This document shows positions 1-8,136 of a stretch of DNA of 53,441 nt, piece after piece. Location of the stretch: the IMG/VR virus record IMGVR_UViG_3300037761_000058, positions 1 to 53,441 of that record, one strand, 5' to 3'. Numbering within the stretch: position 1 is the first letter of the stretch; every line of letters starts with the position of its first letter. The notes below the pieces were generated by a model. It was not told the DNA's origin, made no database searches, and saw nothing but the letters and a program-made list of their open reading frames with translations. The position numbers and the translations under genes are program-made. The stretch is from a virus. Lineage: Duplodnaviria > Caudoviricetes.

Positions 1-175
1 TGAACTTGTGGGTATAGACCACTTTCGGGTAGACCGTGGACACGGCTACCATCCCAGGAGGCAGGTATCCGAACTCAAACTCATCCATCTCCTTGATGAT
101 GGCCTCGACTTTGGGGATGTCATCAGCAGATTCGCAGTAAATTCTCCCGTATCCCTTGTGTGTCAGTGTGTTCAT
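1..175 (-). CDS. hypothetical protein, truncated by window edge (MNTLTHKGYGRIYCES...)
   Basis: ATG after GAGGA RBS within linker CGACATAGAGGA; open to position 1; translated by hand. Confidence 0.6.
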   Translation of the reverse strand, partial: MNTLTHKGYGRIYCESADDIPKVEAIIKEMDEFEFGYLPPGMVAVSTVYPKVVYTHKF

Positions 176-203
176 TTGCGTTCCTCTATGTCGGAGCGGC
201 GCT

Positions 204-365
204 TCATCTCGGAAGGCTCCACGCGAGTTTCGTCAGCCACCACCACAGCCGCAGCTTCCGCCTGAAGTGGCTTAACTCTATCAGCCAAGAGCGCGGTACG
301 ATGACGCGGCAATAGAAGGTGTCCTGTACTATGTTTCTGTCCCACTGGATCATCGGTTCAACCAT
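204..365 (-). CDS. small Trp-rich hypothetical protein (53 aa, MVEPMIQWDR...WWWLTKLAWSLPR)
   Basis: Hand-translated; AGAGGGG RBS upstream; below ORF-track cutoff. Confidence 0.55.
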   Translation of the reverse strand: MVEPMIQWDRNIVQDTFYCRVIVPRSWLIELSHFRRKLRLWWWLTKLAWSLPR

Positions 366-391
366 TGTCTTTCCCCTCTGATCTAGATCGG

Positions 392-724
392 CTAATCATG
401 CGGTGTAGAGCCAGAATAAGGAAGGTCTGGTTGATCTGCTCTATCGCCGTGAAGCACGCGGTCAATCTCTCCGCGCCAGTACGGGCCGTCTGCGGTGGTG
501 TCCATCATGTCCCACTGACGCAGGCGCTCTAGAAGGTGAAGGGCTTCGCCCTCAGCTTCAGACGGCGCATCTGATAATGTCTCAGCGAGTGAACGGATGG
601 CTGTTGCTGCTGCGCTCCCAACTTCTCTAGCGTCAAGCGGCAAACCTTGAGCCTTGTTGTGGGCAGCCATTCCAGCGGTCCACGCAGCAACCGCGCATTG
701 CTCTGCAACCTGTTTCGGAGTCAT
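392..724 (-). CDS. accessory hypothetical protein
   Basis: ORF track; GAGGTG RBS; co-directional with early-left operon. Confidence 0.7.
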   Translation of the reverse strand: MTPKQVAEQCAVAAWTAGMAAHNKAQGLPLDAREVGSAAATAIRSLAETLSDAPSEAEGEALHLLERLRQWDMMDTTADGPYWRGEIDRVLHGDRADQPDLPYSGSTPHD

Positions 725-725
725 C

Positions 726-1112
726 CTATTTCACCTCTGCTGCTCTCGTTGTGGAACTGTAGACAGCGGCGTGTTCGTTGTCGGCAATCGCTTGGTCAAG
801 CATCTTGTCGAAGTCCTCGTCAAGCGTGTCGCCTAGTAACTCCCACCACCGCTCGGGCAGGACAATTCCAGATTGCACGGACGCTGACCTGATCCACCTA
901 TACCGCGCCGCATCACGCTCTGCGGCTTCCAGTTTCTCTCCCATGATTCGCACGGTTTCCTCTAGGGCGTGCTTCCAAGGATGCGTTGCACCATCGGCGT
1001 CAGAGGGCGAATCGCAAATGGTTTTCAGCTTTGCCATGAATGGCAGCGAGCATCCAAGAGCCTTGAGCCAACCGTAAGCCATTTTCAGCGTATCGCGTTC
1101 TTCTGGTGTCAT
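726..1112 (-). CDS. accessory hypothetical protein with DAARYRW module
   Basis: AAGGAG RBS; DAxRYRW motif common in phage early proteins. Confidence 0.7.
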   Translation of the reverse strand: MTPEERDTLKMAYGWLKALGCSLPFMAKLKTICDSPSDADGATHPWKHALEETVRIMGEKLEAAERDAARYRWIRSASVQSGIVLPERWWELLGDTLDEDFDKMLDQAIADNEHAAVYSSTTRAAEVK

Positions 1113-1146
1113 GCCTGCTCCTTCGTGCTAGTGGAAACTGCGGCGA

Positions 1147-1632
1147 TCACGGCATCACCGCCGTTACCTTAGTGACCTCCCCGGCAGCGTTTCTGGTCGT
1201 CAGCATCAATGGCGACGGGCCACGAACTGCGCGAGCGGCGGCTTTGATGTGCTCGGGCAACTTGCCTGTTTCGTCCGGTAGGTGCGTCGTGCAGGAGAGT
1301 CCATCGTCCTCCGGCGTCGGTATCGCAAAGGTGGCGAGCATGGCGATGTGGTGCTCGCGGCACGCGGCTACGATTTGGTCCATCAGTGGCGCGATCTTCG
1401 CGTCGTAAGCCTGTTCTTTGTTCATTCGCCGTTCCTCTCGATGTTTCCTACTCTCCGTCCGGCGAAGGTACTCAACCAGTACGCTGCGAGGAATGCGGAC
1501 CTTGACGTGGAGTTTGTTGTGGTCTGCGTCGGCATGAACTTCGATGCTTCCTTTGCTGGCATACCACCAAGCGCCACCTGGAGCATCAGTCCACAGTTTC
1601 TTAGGCGTAGCCCAATAGCGGTCGCGTTTCAT
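1147..1632 (-). CDS. hypothetical protein; in-frame fusion of an N-terminal gene with a second unit starting at 1425 (MNKEQAY...)
   Basis: Internal GAGG RBS before ATG 1425; part of the N-terminal half is duplicated at the window end. Confidence 0.65.
   Translation of the reverse strand: MKRDRYWATPKKLWTDAPGGAWWYASKGSIEVHADADHNKLHVKVRIPRSVLVEYLRRTESRKHREERRMNKEQAYDAKIAPLMDQIVAACREHHIAMLATFAIPTPEDDGLSCTTHLPDETGKLPEHIKAAARAVRGPSPLMLTTRNAAGEVTKVTAVMP
1451..1576 (+). repeat. 126-bp exact direct repeat, copy 1
   Basis: Identical to 53316-53441. Confidence 0.97.
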
Positions 1633-2384
1633 CCTTGCCCCTTGTCGCTCGCTGTTTTATCTGTCGCGCACAGGCCGCAGTTCTTGCGCCGGTAGCCGTG
1701 CGGACACTTGGCAAGATCAGGCACGGAAAGGTCGTAAGCCTTTTGCAGCGCATCGCGGTAGTTCGCCACGGAAGCGGGCTTGGCGCTGTCGTACTGGTAG
1801 CAGCACACGGCTAAGTCGTGCAGGGCCTCCATCGCTGGTGTTGCGGACAGCGCCGCTACGTGCAGTGCCTCGAAAGCATCGGCGCGGTCCTTCCAGTACG
1901 CGGCCGATAGCGTCTCGCGGTTGGCGACCTCCTGCGCCGCCTCCCTCGCCTCCTCGGCTTGGTCAGCGCGCATGTTCGCTAGGCGCTCGCGCTCGATGGC
2001 TCGCGCCAGCACGTTCCGCGCCGAGTCGCGTTCCAAGCGTGTCTGAGCCAACTCTCGCTCAAGCTGGCGGGCGTGTTCCTGCAATTTGTCCCACTTGTGC
2101 GGAGTGCAGGCGGTGCCCATGATGGGCGTGTCGCAGACCGCATCCGTCCTCGGCGTGCCTTGCTGCGGCTTCTCTGCGTTCGCCGGGAGGCCGCTTTCCG
2201 TGTCGTATAGACCCTCAGGAACGGATGGCTGCGGCTTCTCTGAGGGCGCAGGCGGATACTCACGCGCGTACTGCTCGCGGACTTCATCTTTCGCTTCAGC
2301 CACGCACGCCGGGCACGTCCTATCCCAGTGCCGCGCAGGATGGTCGGTGTGTGCTGGCTGCAAGGAGGACGAGGGCGAGGTCAT
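1629..2384 (-). CDS. mosaic accessory protein (TPRTDA module, coiled coil, CxxC ends)
   Basis: ATGA overlaps with both neighbours. Confidence 0.7.
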   Translation of the reverse strand: MTSPSSSLQPAHTDHPARHWDRTCPACVAEAKDEVREQYAREYPPAPSEKPQPSVPEGLYDTESGLPANAEKPQQGTPRTDAVCDTPIMGTACTPHKWDKLQEHARQLERELAQTRLERDSARNVLARAIERERLANMRADQAEEAREAAQEVANRETLSAAYWKDRADAFEALHVAALSATPAMEALHDLAVCCYQYDSAKPASVANYRDALQKAYDLSVPDLAKCPHGYRRKNCGLCATDKTASDKGQG

Positions 2385-2470
2385 AGTTCACCACCACAAT
2401 GAGGACAGCGATACTCAATCGTGCGCCAGACCCAACGCCGGCATTTGCCACAGAAACGAACCCAACTCAT
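2381..2470 (-). CDS. 29-aa zinc-ribbon micropeptide (MSWVRFCGKCRRWVWRTIEYRCPHCGGEL)
   Basis: Fills the gap exactly with ATGA overlaps at both ends; two CxxC; GAGGAG RBS. Confidence 0.65.
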   Translation of the reverse strand: MSWVRFCGKCRRWVWRTIEYRCPHCGGEL

Positions 2471-2868
2471 TTGCTCTCCTCGTTGCCAGACTGCGGAGAG
2501 GCCATATCGCCGTCGTCGATTACGAGCCACTGCGCCGGGTCATAGCCGAAGGTGTCGCAGATAATCTCTATTTCACGAAAGCACTCGTTGATCCGTTCGT
2601 GCGCCTCGTCGTGTCCACGCGGAGCAATCAAAACCTTCGCCGTGCCGCCTGCCGGTGTCTCCGACTGCGGCCACGGTGAAGTGTTCTCCGGTTTCTTGTC
2701 GCCGAGATACTTGGCAACTCCCTCCGGCTCGCTCCGCCGTGTCGCAGGCCGCGGCGCTCCCTGGCGACTTGTCGCAGCTTCCTCCACATTCCAGCCGGTG
2801 GCCTTTGCAAAGTGCAGCACGTTTCCGTCCTTGTCGGTAGCGATCCAGCCGGTCACTTCATGGGTCAT
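2467..2868 (-). CDS. hypothetical protein (MTHEVTGW...)
   Basis: GAGGGG RBS; ATGA overlap with upstream stop. Confidence 0.6.
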   Translation of the reverse strand: MTHEVTGWIATDKDGNVLHFAKATGWNVEEAATSRQGAPRPATRRSEPEGVAKYLGDKKPENTSPWPQSETPAGGTAKVLIAPRGHDEAHERINECFREIEIICDTFGYDPAQWLVIDDGDMASPQSGNEESK

Positions 2869-3587
2869 GGCTTCCCCCTCAGCGTGTCGCGGTAGGCGCG
2901 GATGGCTGGCCCGCATTGGATGCAGCCCCCGGCTAGCCGTACAGCCTCGTTCGCCACTTCCCGCGCGCTCGGCTGCGGTGCTTCCGGCAGGGTGGCGGCG
3001 AGCCTATCTGGGAATCCAACGCGCTCGGAAACGTCATTGAATTTAGACACCGCAGCGCGACCTAGATCAACGCCGAGCACTTCGGCCAGCAGATCAAGGT
3101 ACGTGAGCACGTCGGCGATCTCGTCTGCGAGCATTTTGTCCGTCGGCGAGAACTTGTTTCCTGCCAAGCCGTCGCGTTCGCGGTTGCGCATCTTGAGTAA
3201 CGACGCCAACTCGCCCAGTTCGCCGGTCACAGCAGTCAGCCAATCAGACGGCGACCACGATGCGATCCCGGCAGGATGCCACTTGATGCAACGCTCTACA
3301 TTGGCGCGACGAAACTCACTGAAGGTTAGGTCCGCCACCGCCCGAGCGTTCGCTGGTAGCGGCGCGGTGGCAGATAGCAGACCGATCAGTTCGTCGATCT
3401 CGGTAACGTCGAAAGTCCATTCCTCGGCGTGTGGATATTCGGCCCCTGCGCTACAGCGGTCCTCGACGGTCAGCAACAGTACGCGCGCGTCGTATTCAGC
3501 GCCGGGGCCGCGTTCCACCGTGGCCTTCGTCGCCAGCAGGAACTCGATCAGTTCTTTCCGCACTGCCTCATTGGGCGAAGGTTTCAT
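2865..3587 (-). CDS. MazG-like nucleotide pyrophosphohydrolase domain protein
   Basis: GELGEL...LADEIADVLTYLDLL...KFN acidic motifs of the all-alpha NTP-PPase family; start re-assigned to 3587. Confidence 0.8.
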   Translation of the reverse strand: MKPSPNEAVRKELIEFLLATKATVERGPGAEYDARVLLLTVEDRCSAGAEYPHAEEWTFDVTEIDELIGLLSATAPLPANARAVADLTFSEFRRANVERCIKWHPAGIASWSPSDWLTAVTGELGELASLLKMRNRERDGLAGNKFSPTDKMLADEIADVLTYLDLLAEVLGVDLGRAAVSKFNDVSERVGFPDRLAATLPEAPQPSAREVANEAVRLAGGCIQCGPAIRAYRDTLRGKP

Positions 3588-4120
3588 GCTGCCATCTCCA
3601 TTTGTTGAACTGCGACCTTGCGCTCGGCAAGGCAAATCGTGTCGTTGTGGTCGCTCCCGTGGCACACCAGGAGAAGTTCCTCGATCTCGAACCCGAGCTT
3701 GCGCCCCATGCCGGTAGAGTTCCAGCCGAAGGTCAACACGACGCCCTCTGGGCCCAGGACGCGGCAGACCTGTTCCTTCAACCGCTTGTGGAACCAGCCG
3801 CGTAGGGCGTCCCATTGCTTCATCTTCAGGCCGATGCCGTCGTAGCACTCCTTGACTTGGCGCGGGCTGTAGGGCGGGTCGATCAGGATGCAGTCCGCCT
3901 TCACGCCTTCGTCGGCCAGCTTCGCTAGGAAGTCCACCGCGTCCATGTGGTGCTCGGCGGCAGTAGCGGGGTTGAGGTCGTTGGTGTGCGTGGCCCATCG
4001 CTTGTTGCGCGCGAACGGATCGACGCTAACGCCTTGGAGATACCGGCGCACGAACTCACCCATCGGCTTACAGTCGAAGGTGTCGGCGGTGGGCATAGCC
4101 CATGCGCGGCTGAACTTCAT
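3584..4120 (-). CDS. small phage DNA (adenine) methyltransferase
   Basis: DPFA SAM-binding-like motif and DPPY catalytic motif; start MKFSRAW after GAGGGG. Confidence 0.75.
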   Translation of the reverse strand: MKFSRAWAMPTADTFDCKPMGEFVRRYLQGVSVDPFARNKRWATHTNDLNPATAAEHHMDAVDFLAKLADEGVKADCILIDPPYSPRQVKECYDGIGLKMKQWDALRGWFHKRLKEQVCRVLGPEGVVLTFGWNSTGMGRKLGFEIEELLLVCHGSDHNDTICLAERKVAVQQMEMAA

Positions 4121-4148
4121 TTCCCCTCTGGGGTACTGGACGACGGCT

Positions 4149-4457
4149 TCATACTTTCGACCTCGCTTCGTAGACTGCGGCGCGGGCTTCCTGAGAAGCA
4201 TTGCGGGCCTGTTCCTTGCGGTACTGCTTCATGTTCTCGATGGTCTGCCGGTAGTGGTCGCCGCTGACGCGCTCCAGGGCAGCGAGGATCTGCTCTGCTT
4301 CGTGCAGCGCGATCCCCGTGCTGTCCGGGTACTTGCCGAGGGCGTGCAGGTCGTCCTGCATCTGCTTGTAGGCGCGTTCGATCCTGGCGCGGGCGAGCGT
4401 GATCTCGAAGCCGAGGCGCTGCTCGACGGTTAACTTGAGTGCGTTGCTGGCTCTCAT
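4149..4457 (-). CDS. hypothetical protein
   Basis: ORF track; operon context. Confidence 0.55.
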   Translation of the reverse strand: MRASNALKLTVEQRLGFEITLARARIERAYKQMQDDLHALGKYPDSTGIALHEAEQILAALERVSGDHYRQTIENMKQYRKEQARNASQEARAAVYEARSKV

Positions 4458-4634
4458 CCTTGCCGCCTCGTTGCTAGAGGCTTGCCTGGAGTGGCTACCG
4501 CAGGGCTCTCGCTCGAAAGCGTGCCTTTTACAGCGCCCGGGTCAGGCTCGGCCAGTAATCTCTGGCTTACCCTGCCCTGCGGTGCCACGTTGACCATCAT
4601 GTTTTTTCCTTGCTGCAGTAGCTGTTCGAGGCCA

Positions 4635-5318
4635 TCACGCGAATAACCGTTCTTGGCGCTGCGCCACGTCGATGCGCTCGCAGGCGATGTTGAAGTAGGA
4701 CGGATCGATTTCCACGCCGATGAATGGGCAACCGGCACGAGCAGCAGCGACCCCTGTGGTGCCGCTGCCCATGTATGGGTCAAACACCGTCTGCCCAGGC
4801 AGCACGCGGGCTTCCTTGAGGCACCACGACATCAGGGCGATCGGCTTCTGCGTGGGATGCTGGCGGGCACCGTTGGCCTCGCCTACCTTGTCACAGGCGA
4901 TGCCCTTCCACTTCATGCTGAAGATCCTGGCGGCACGGTCTGCCGAGTGCCAAGCGAACTCGACGTCCGAGAAGCTATCCCACGGCTCCATGCCGTCCAG
5001 CTTGTCCCAAGCGAGCCACCGGCCACTGTCAGGCAGGCGCGGGTAGAAATGGTCTGCTCCCCACATCAGGACGTTCGTGAAGGCCAGCCACGGCTCTGGA
5101 TCGAACGGCGAGGCATCTCCGACGATCGGCATCTTGGCGTTGCGGCGCTTGTGCGCTCCCCGCCCGCCGCCAGAATGCTGGTGGGCGATGCCGTAGGGCG
5201 GGTCGGTGATAACGGCATCGGCTCGCAACTCCGGAAGGATTGACAGGCAATCCCCGAGGTAAAGGGTCGCATTCCCGATCTCGACCTTTCTGCAATTAGT
5301 CATTACACCGCTTCCCAC
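4635..5318 (-). CDS. N6/N4 DNA methyltransferase (beta class)
   Basis: TDPPY before HPTQKP and DPYMGSGTTG motifs. Confidence 0.9.
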   Translation of the reverse strand: MGSGVMTNCRKVEIGNATLYLGDCLSILPELRADAVITDPPYGIAHQHSGGGRGAHKRRNAKMPIVGDASPFDPEPWLAFTNVLMWGADHFYPRLPDSGRWLAWDKLDGMEPWDSFSDVEFAWHSADRAARIFSMKWKGIACDKVGEANGARQHPTQKPIALMSWCLKEARVLPGQTVFDPYMGSGTTGVAAARAGCPFIGVEIDPSYFNIACERIDVAQRQERLFA

Positions 5319-5749
5319 AGTAGTTTCTGGCCTTGCAGCAGTTCGGAGGTGTCGATCCTCGGACGGCTAGGCACGTTCCATTTGCCGCCTCCACGCTCGC
5401 CAAGGAGTTTCCAGCCAGCTGCACGAAGGCTTGAACCGCCTTCCTCCGGCAGCGTGTAGGTGACGAGCCTGCGGTAGCCCAATGCCTTTGCAGCGCGCCA
5501 CGCGGCCCCGTAGAGCATCGAGCAGGCGTTCCTGGCCCCATCGGTGCATACCCGGTTGACCTCCAGCGTGTAGCCGTTGTCGCTGTTCCTGGCGACCGGC
5601 CTGCCGACCATAGCGACCCCGCGCACCTTGCCGTCCGTGTCGCTGACGGCGACGCAGAACTTGCATCCCGGCATTGGCTTGTGGTGGCGGTGAAAGGTCG
5701 CCACGAAAGCGTTTGCCTCTGCGAAGTCGATGGGCGTCACTTGGAGCAT
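5303..5749 (-). CDS. XF1762-family conserved phage protein
   Basis: EANAFV..HRHH, GRPVAR, EVNRVCTDG..NACSMLYGAA, TYTL..E.G.SL signature. Confidence 0.75.
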   Translation of the reverse strand: MLQVTPIDFAEANAFVATFHRHHKPMPGCKFCVAVSDTDGKVRGVAMVGRPVARNSDNGYTLEVNRVCTDGARNACSMLYGAAWRAAKALGYRRLVTYTLPEEGGSSLRAAGWKLLGERGGGKWNVPSRPRIDTSELLQGQKLLWEAV

Positions 5750-5786
5750 CGTGCCTCTACAGCGCCAGTGCCGAAGACCGCAGCCA

Positions 5787-6230
5787 TTAGAAATTCCCCT
5801 CGGCCACTTGCAGGCACCGGAAGCCTCGCTTGCGCCACATCTTCACTACCTGGTCGCGGTCATCCAGCACGAGAAAGGTATTGGCTGGCCTGAAGCCGCA
5901 CCTATCGGCCATTTCCGCCTTCACGATGCAGTCCTGCCGCGTATCGCCGTCAGGACGCATTTGCAGGCTCCCCTCGGGGAACCCATGCGCGAACAGCCAC
6001 GAAGCTGTCTGTGCCCTCACACGCTCTACACGGCCAGTCAGGTAGGCTATAAGGAGGCCCTTGGCGTGCAGCAGCTTCACCAAATCACGGATGTCCTCGT
6101 GCGGCTGGTCCTCGCCGCATAGGTCATAGAACTTGTCCCAATCCTTCTTCTGCGAGCCGTCAATGAGGTACTTGCGCGGCTCCGCATTGGAACAGGTCCC
6201 GTCCAGGTCGATGATGGCGTAGAGTTTCAT
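5787..6230 (-). CDS. HAD-family phosphatase, T4 PNKP 3'-phosphatase-like
   Basis: DLDGT, LTGR, K and DDR motifs; C-terminal LQVAEGNF. Confidence 0.85.
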   Translation of the reverse strand: MKLYAIIDLDGTCSNAEPRKYLIDGSQKKDWDKFYDLCGEDQPHEDIRDLVKLLHAKGLLIAYLTGRVERVRAQTASWLFAHGFPEGSLQMRPDGDTRQDCIVKAEMADRCGFRPANTFLVLDDRDQVVKMWRKRGFRCLQVAEGNF

Positions 6231-6244
6231 AGCGGTGCAGTTAC

Positions 6245-6463
6245 CTAAACTACGACTGGAGAACCGTTGAAGATGGCCTTGATTTCCTCGGCCTTCGGGT
6301 GCTCTACCGCGCACTGGTTGAGGATGAGCGCCGCACGGCTCCATAGTTCCGGCTGCGCTTCAGGCGGCTGGTAGACGCAGCTTTGCCGTGTGCTCGCCAA
6401 TCGGTCCTTCAGGTCCGGGGCCACTTCGAGAATCTTGTCCAGAACTTCGTGTAGTTGTCTCAT
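6245..6463 (-). CDS. hypothetical protein
   Basis: AGGAG RBS before MRQLHEV. Confidence 0.6.
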   Translation of the reverse strand: MRQLHEVLDKILEVAPDLKDRLASTRQSCVYQPPEAQPELWSRAALILNQCAVEHPKAEEIKAIFNGSPVVV

Positions 6464-6493
6464 CTCATTTCTCCTATGTAGGGCCACAGAACC

Positions 6494-6859
6494 TTAAACA
6501 GTGAAGCCTTTCTCAGCTAGCCGGGCCTTGACTCGCTCGACACCTTTCTCTTGCAAAAAGGCGACTACACGCTCGGCGGCCATCTGTGGCGTCAGGCCGG
6601 AAACTCCGCTGAACGTACCAATGGTGAGCCCGCTTTCCCAATGGCTCACGACCCATGAATCGAAGAAGCTATCTTGCGCTGGCGTGGCCCATGTCTTGAT
6701 GAACTCGAAGCCCGGCACCTGGAACGCGAACCCATCAACCATCTTCTTGTGGCCTGGTTCGTGCGCGTGATCTATGAAGCCGCTAATGGGGATCATGTTC
6801 ATTCGCTGTCTCGCTCGTTGGTGTCTAACACCGGGGCCACTTGCGGTGAATCGCGTCAA
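6494..6859 (-). CDS. hypothetical protein (probable start at MNMIPI)
   Basis: ORF track; operon context. Confidence 0.55.
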   Translation of the reverse strand: MTRFTASGPGVRHQRARQRMNMIPISGFIDHAHEPGHKKMVDGFAFQVPGFEFIKTWATPAQDSFFDSWVVSHWESGLTIGTFSGVSGLTPQMAAERVVAFLQEKGVERVKARLAEKGFTV

Positions 6860-7013
6860 TGTCCACGCCGGGGAAGTCCTTGGTCGGAAGCATTCCCATG
6901 CCAGCGCGCCATTTGCGCACCTGTTCTTTGTGGCATGGGTAGCACTGCATCAACTTCCTCGGTGCTCGCAACTCGACGCCGCAATCTCTGCACTTGGCAA
7001 CGGCAGCAATCAC
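6825..7013 (-). CDS. small CxxC zinc-finger protein
   Basis: CRDC...CYPC; start overlaps recombinase stop. Confidence 0.5.
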   Translation of the reverse strand: MIAAVAKCRDCGVELRAPRKLMQCYPCHKEQVRKWRAGMGMLPTKDFPGVDIDAIHRKWPRC

Positions 7014-7972
7014 GCAGCCGCCATCAGCTTGTCGTACTTCGCGTGCAGATCCTCGGGCTTGCGGCCGTCGTAGACCTTCTCCAAGATGATCGTGTTCCGG
7101 TGCCCGCTGATGAGCCGGACTTCGTGCGGCGGCAGCACCTTCAGATACCGGCTGATGGCCTCGCGCCGGTTGTCGTGGAAGCGAAGGTCAACGATGCCCA
7201 GGGCTTTCTTCGCCAGCGTGTAGCGCGCGCCGAGTGACTTGTCGTTGTAGGGGAACACCCGTTCCGTGGGCTCGTCCGTGAGCCTCGGCTGCGCCTTGAT
7301 GATGGCAGCAAGCTCGTCGAACAGCGGGAAGGTGACGTGGTTCCCTTTCTTCTGCGTGGGGTGCTTCAGGTCGCGCACCATGTAGGTGCGCTTCTCCCAG
7401 TCGATGTCGCCCCACTGCATGCGGCAAATCTCCCCGCGGCGCCTCGTGGACGCCAGCGCGAACATCATGCAGGGCACGGCCTTGATCTTCGCGTGCTCGT
7501 CCTGCTCGCCCAGGTAGTCGATCAGGCGGTGCAGTTCATCGTCGGTCGGCCGGCGCTTCCTCGGCGTGGATTTGCCCACCAGTCCGTGCTTCGACAGCAT
7601 CGGCATAGCGGCCGTGATACAAGCGTCCGACACGTTCTCGCAATCGTCCCACCTGGAGGGCGCGTACTTCAGCACCCCGCGCAGGAACGTGATGTCGTGC
7701 ATTGCCGTGGCCGGGCAGATGCCCTCCGCACGGCGAGCCATGACGTGATCCACCACGTCTGTTTTCTTCAATTCAGCAGCCATCTTTTCGACAATCGGAT
7801 ACCGCTGCAGCCGCCGAAGGCAGTACAGATGCGACTCACCAAGTGGGTCAATTTCATTCATGGCAGTGATAAAACGGTCGATCAGGTCTTTCAGTTTCAC
7901 GTCTAATACTCCCGAAGTGAGGCAGCGCCGCGTCCTTCTCTTTACGCTGCCGGTTAAGAACTGCACATTCAT
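7010..7972 (-). CDS. second tyrosine recombinase, no obvious arm-binding domain (alternative start GTG 7900)
   Basis: RRGEI, K, FHDNR, SGH and C-terminal Tyr match the catalytic residue set. Confidence 0.88.
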   Translation of the reverse strand: MNVQFLTGSVKRRTRRCLTSGVLDVKLKDLIDRFITAMNEIDPLGESHLYCLRRLQRYPIVEKMAAELKKTDVVDHVMARRAEGICPATAMHDITFLRGVLKYAPSRWDDCENVSDACITAAMPMLSKHGLVGKSTPRKRRPTDDELHRLIDYLGEQDEHAKIKAVPCMMFALASTRRRGEICRMQWGDIDWEKRTYMVRDLKHPTQKKGNHVTFPLFDELAAIIKAQPRLTDEPTERVFPYNDKSLGARYTLAKKALGIVDLRFHDNRREAISRYLKVLPPHEVRLISGHRNTIILEKVYDGRKPEDLHAKYDKLMAAA

Positions 7973-8136
7973 TTCTGAACCCTAAATGGCTCGTCGATCC
8001 TAAATTTCTCGATCTGCTGATCCGTAGGGTTCCGCTGCTCGGTCTTCGGACATCCTGGTTGCTTGCACCACAGCGCAACGTCGGCCGGAGTCCAGGTGAT
8101 GCCGCAGATAGGGCAGCGGCCGGTTACTTGGCTCAT
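7969..8136 (-). CDS. 55-aa Cys-rich protein (MSQVTGRCPICG...)
   Basis: Hand-translated; ATGA overlaps at both ends. Confidence 0.6.
   Translation of the reverse strand: MSQVTGRCPICGITWTPADVALWCKQPGCPKTEQRNPTDQQIEKFRIDEPFRVQK

Noticed and set aside
182-1146. Integron attC sites at the cassette boundaries
   Set aside because: The linkers differ from slot to slot, are short, and show no attC-type hairpin that I could identify.
4120-4130. CAGAGGGGAAA before the small methyltransferase as another L2 linker
   Set aside because: Only the purine-rich RBS part matches (11 bp); cannot be distinguished from RBS convergence.
7973-8132. Non-coding RNA or att site upstream of the second recombinase
   Set aside because: The interval is filled by a coupled 55-aa ORF and shows no cloverleaf.
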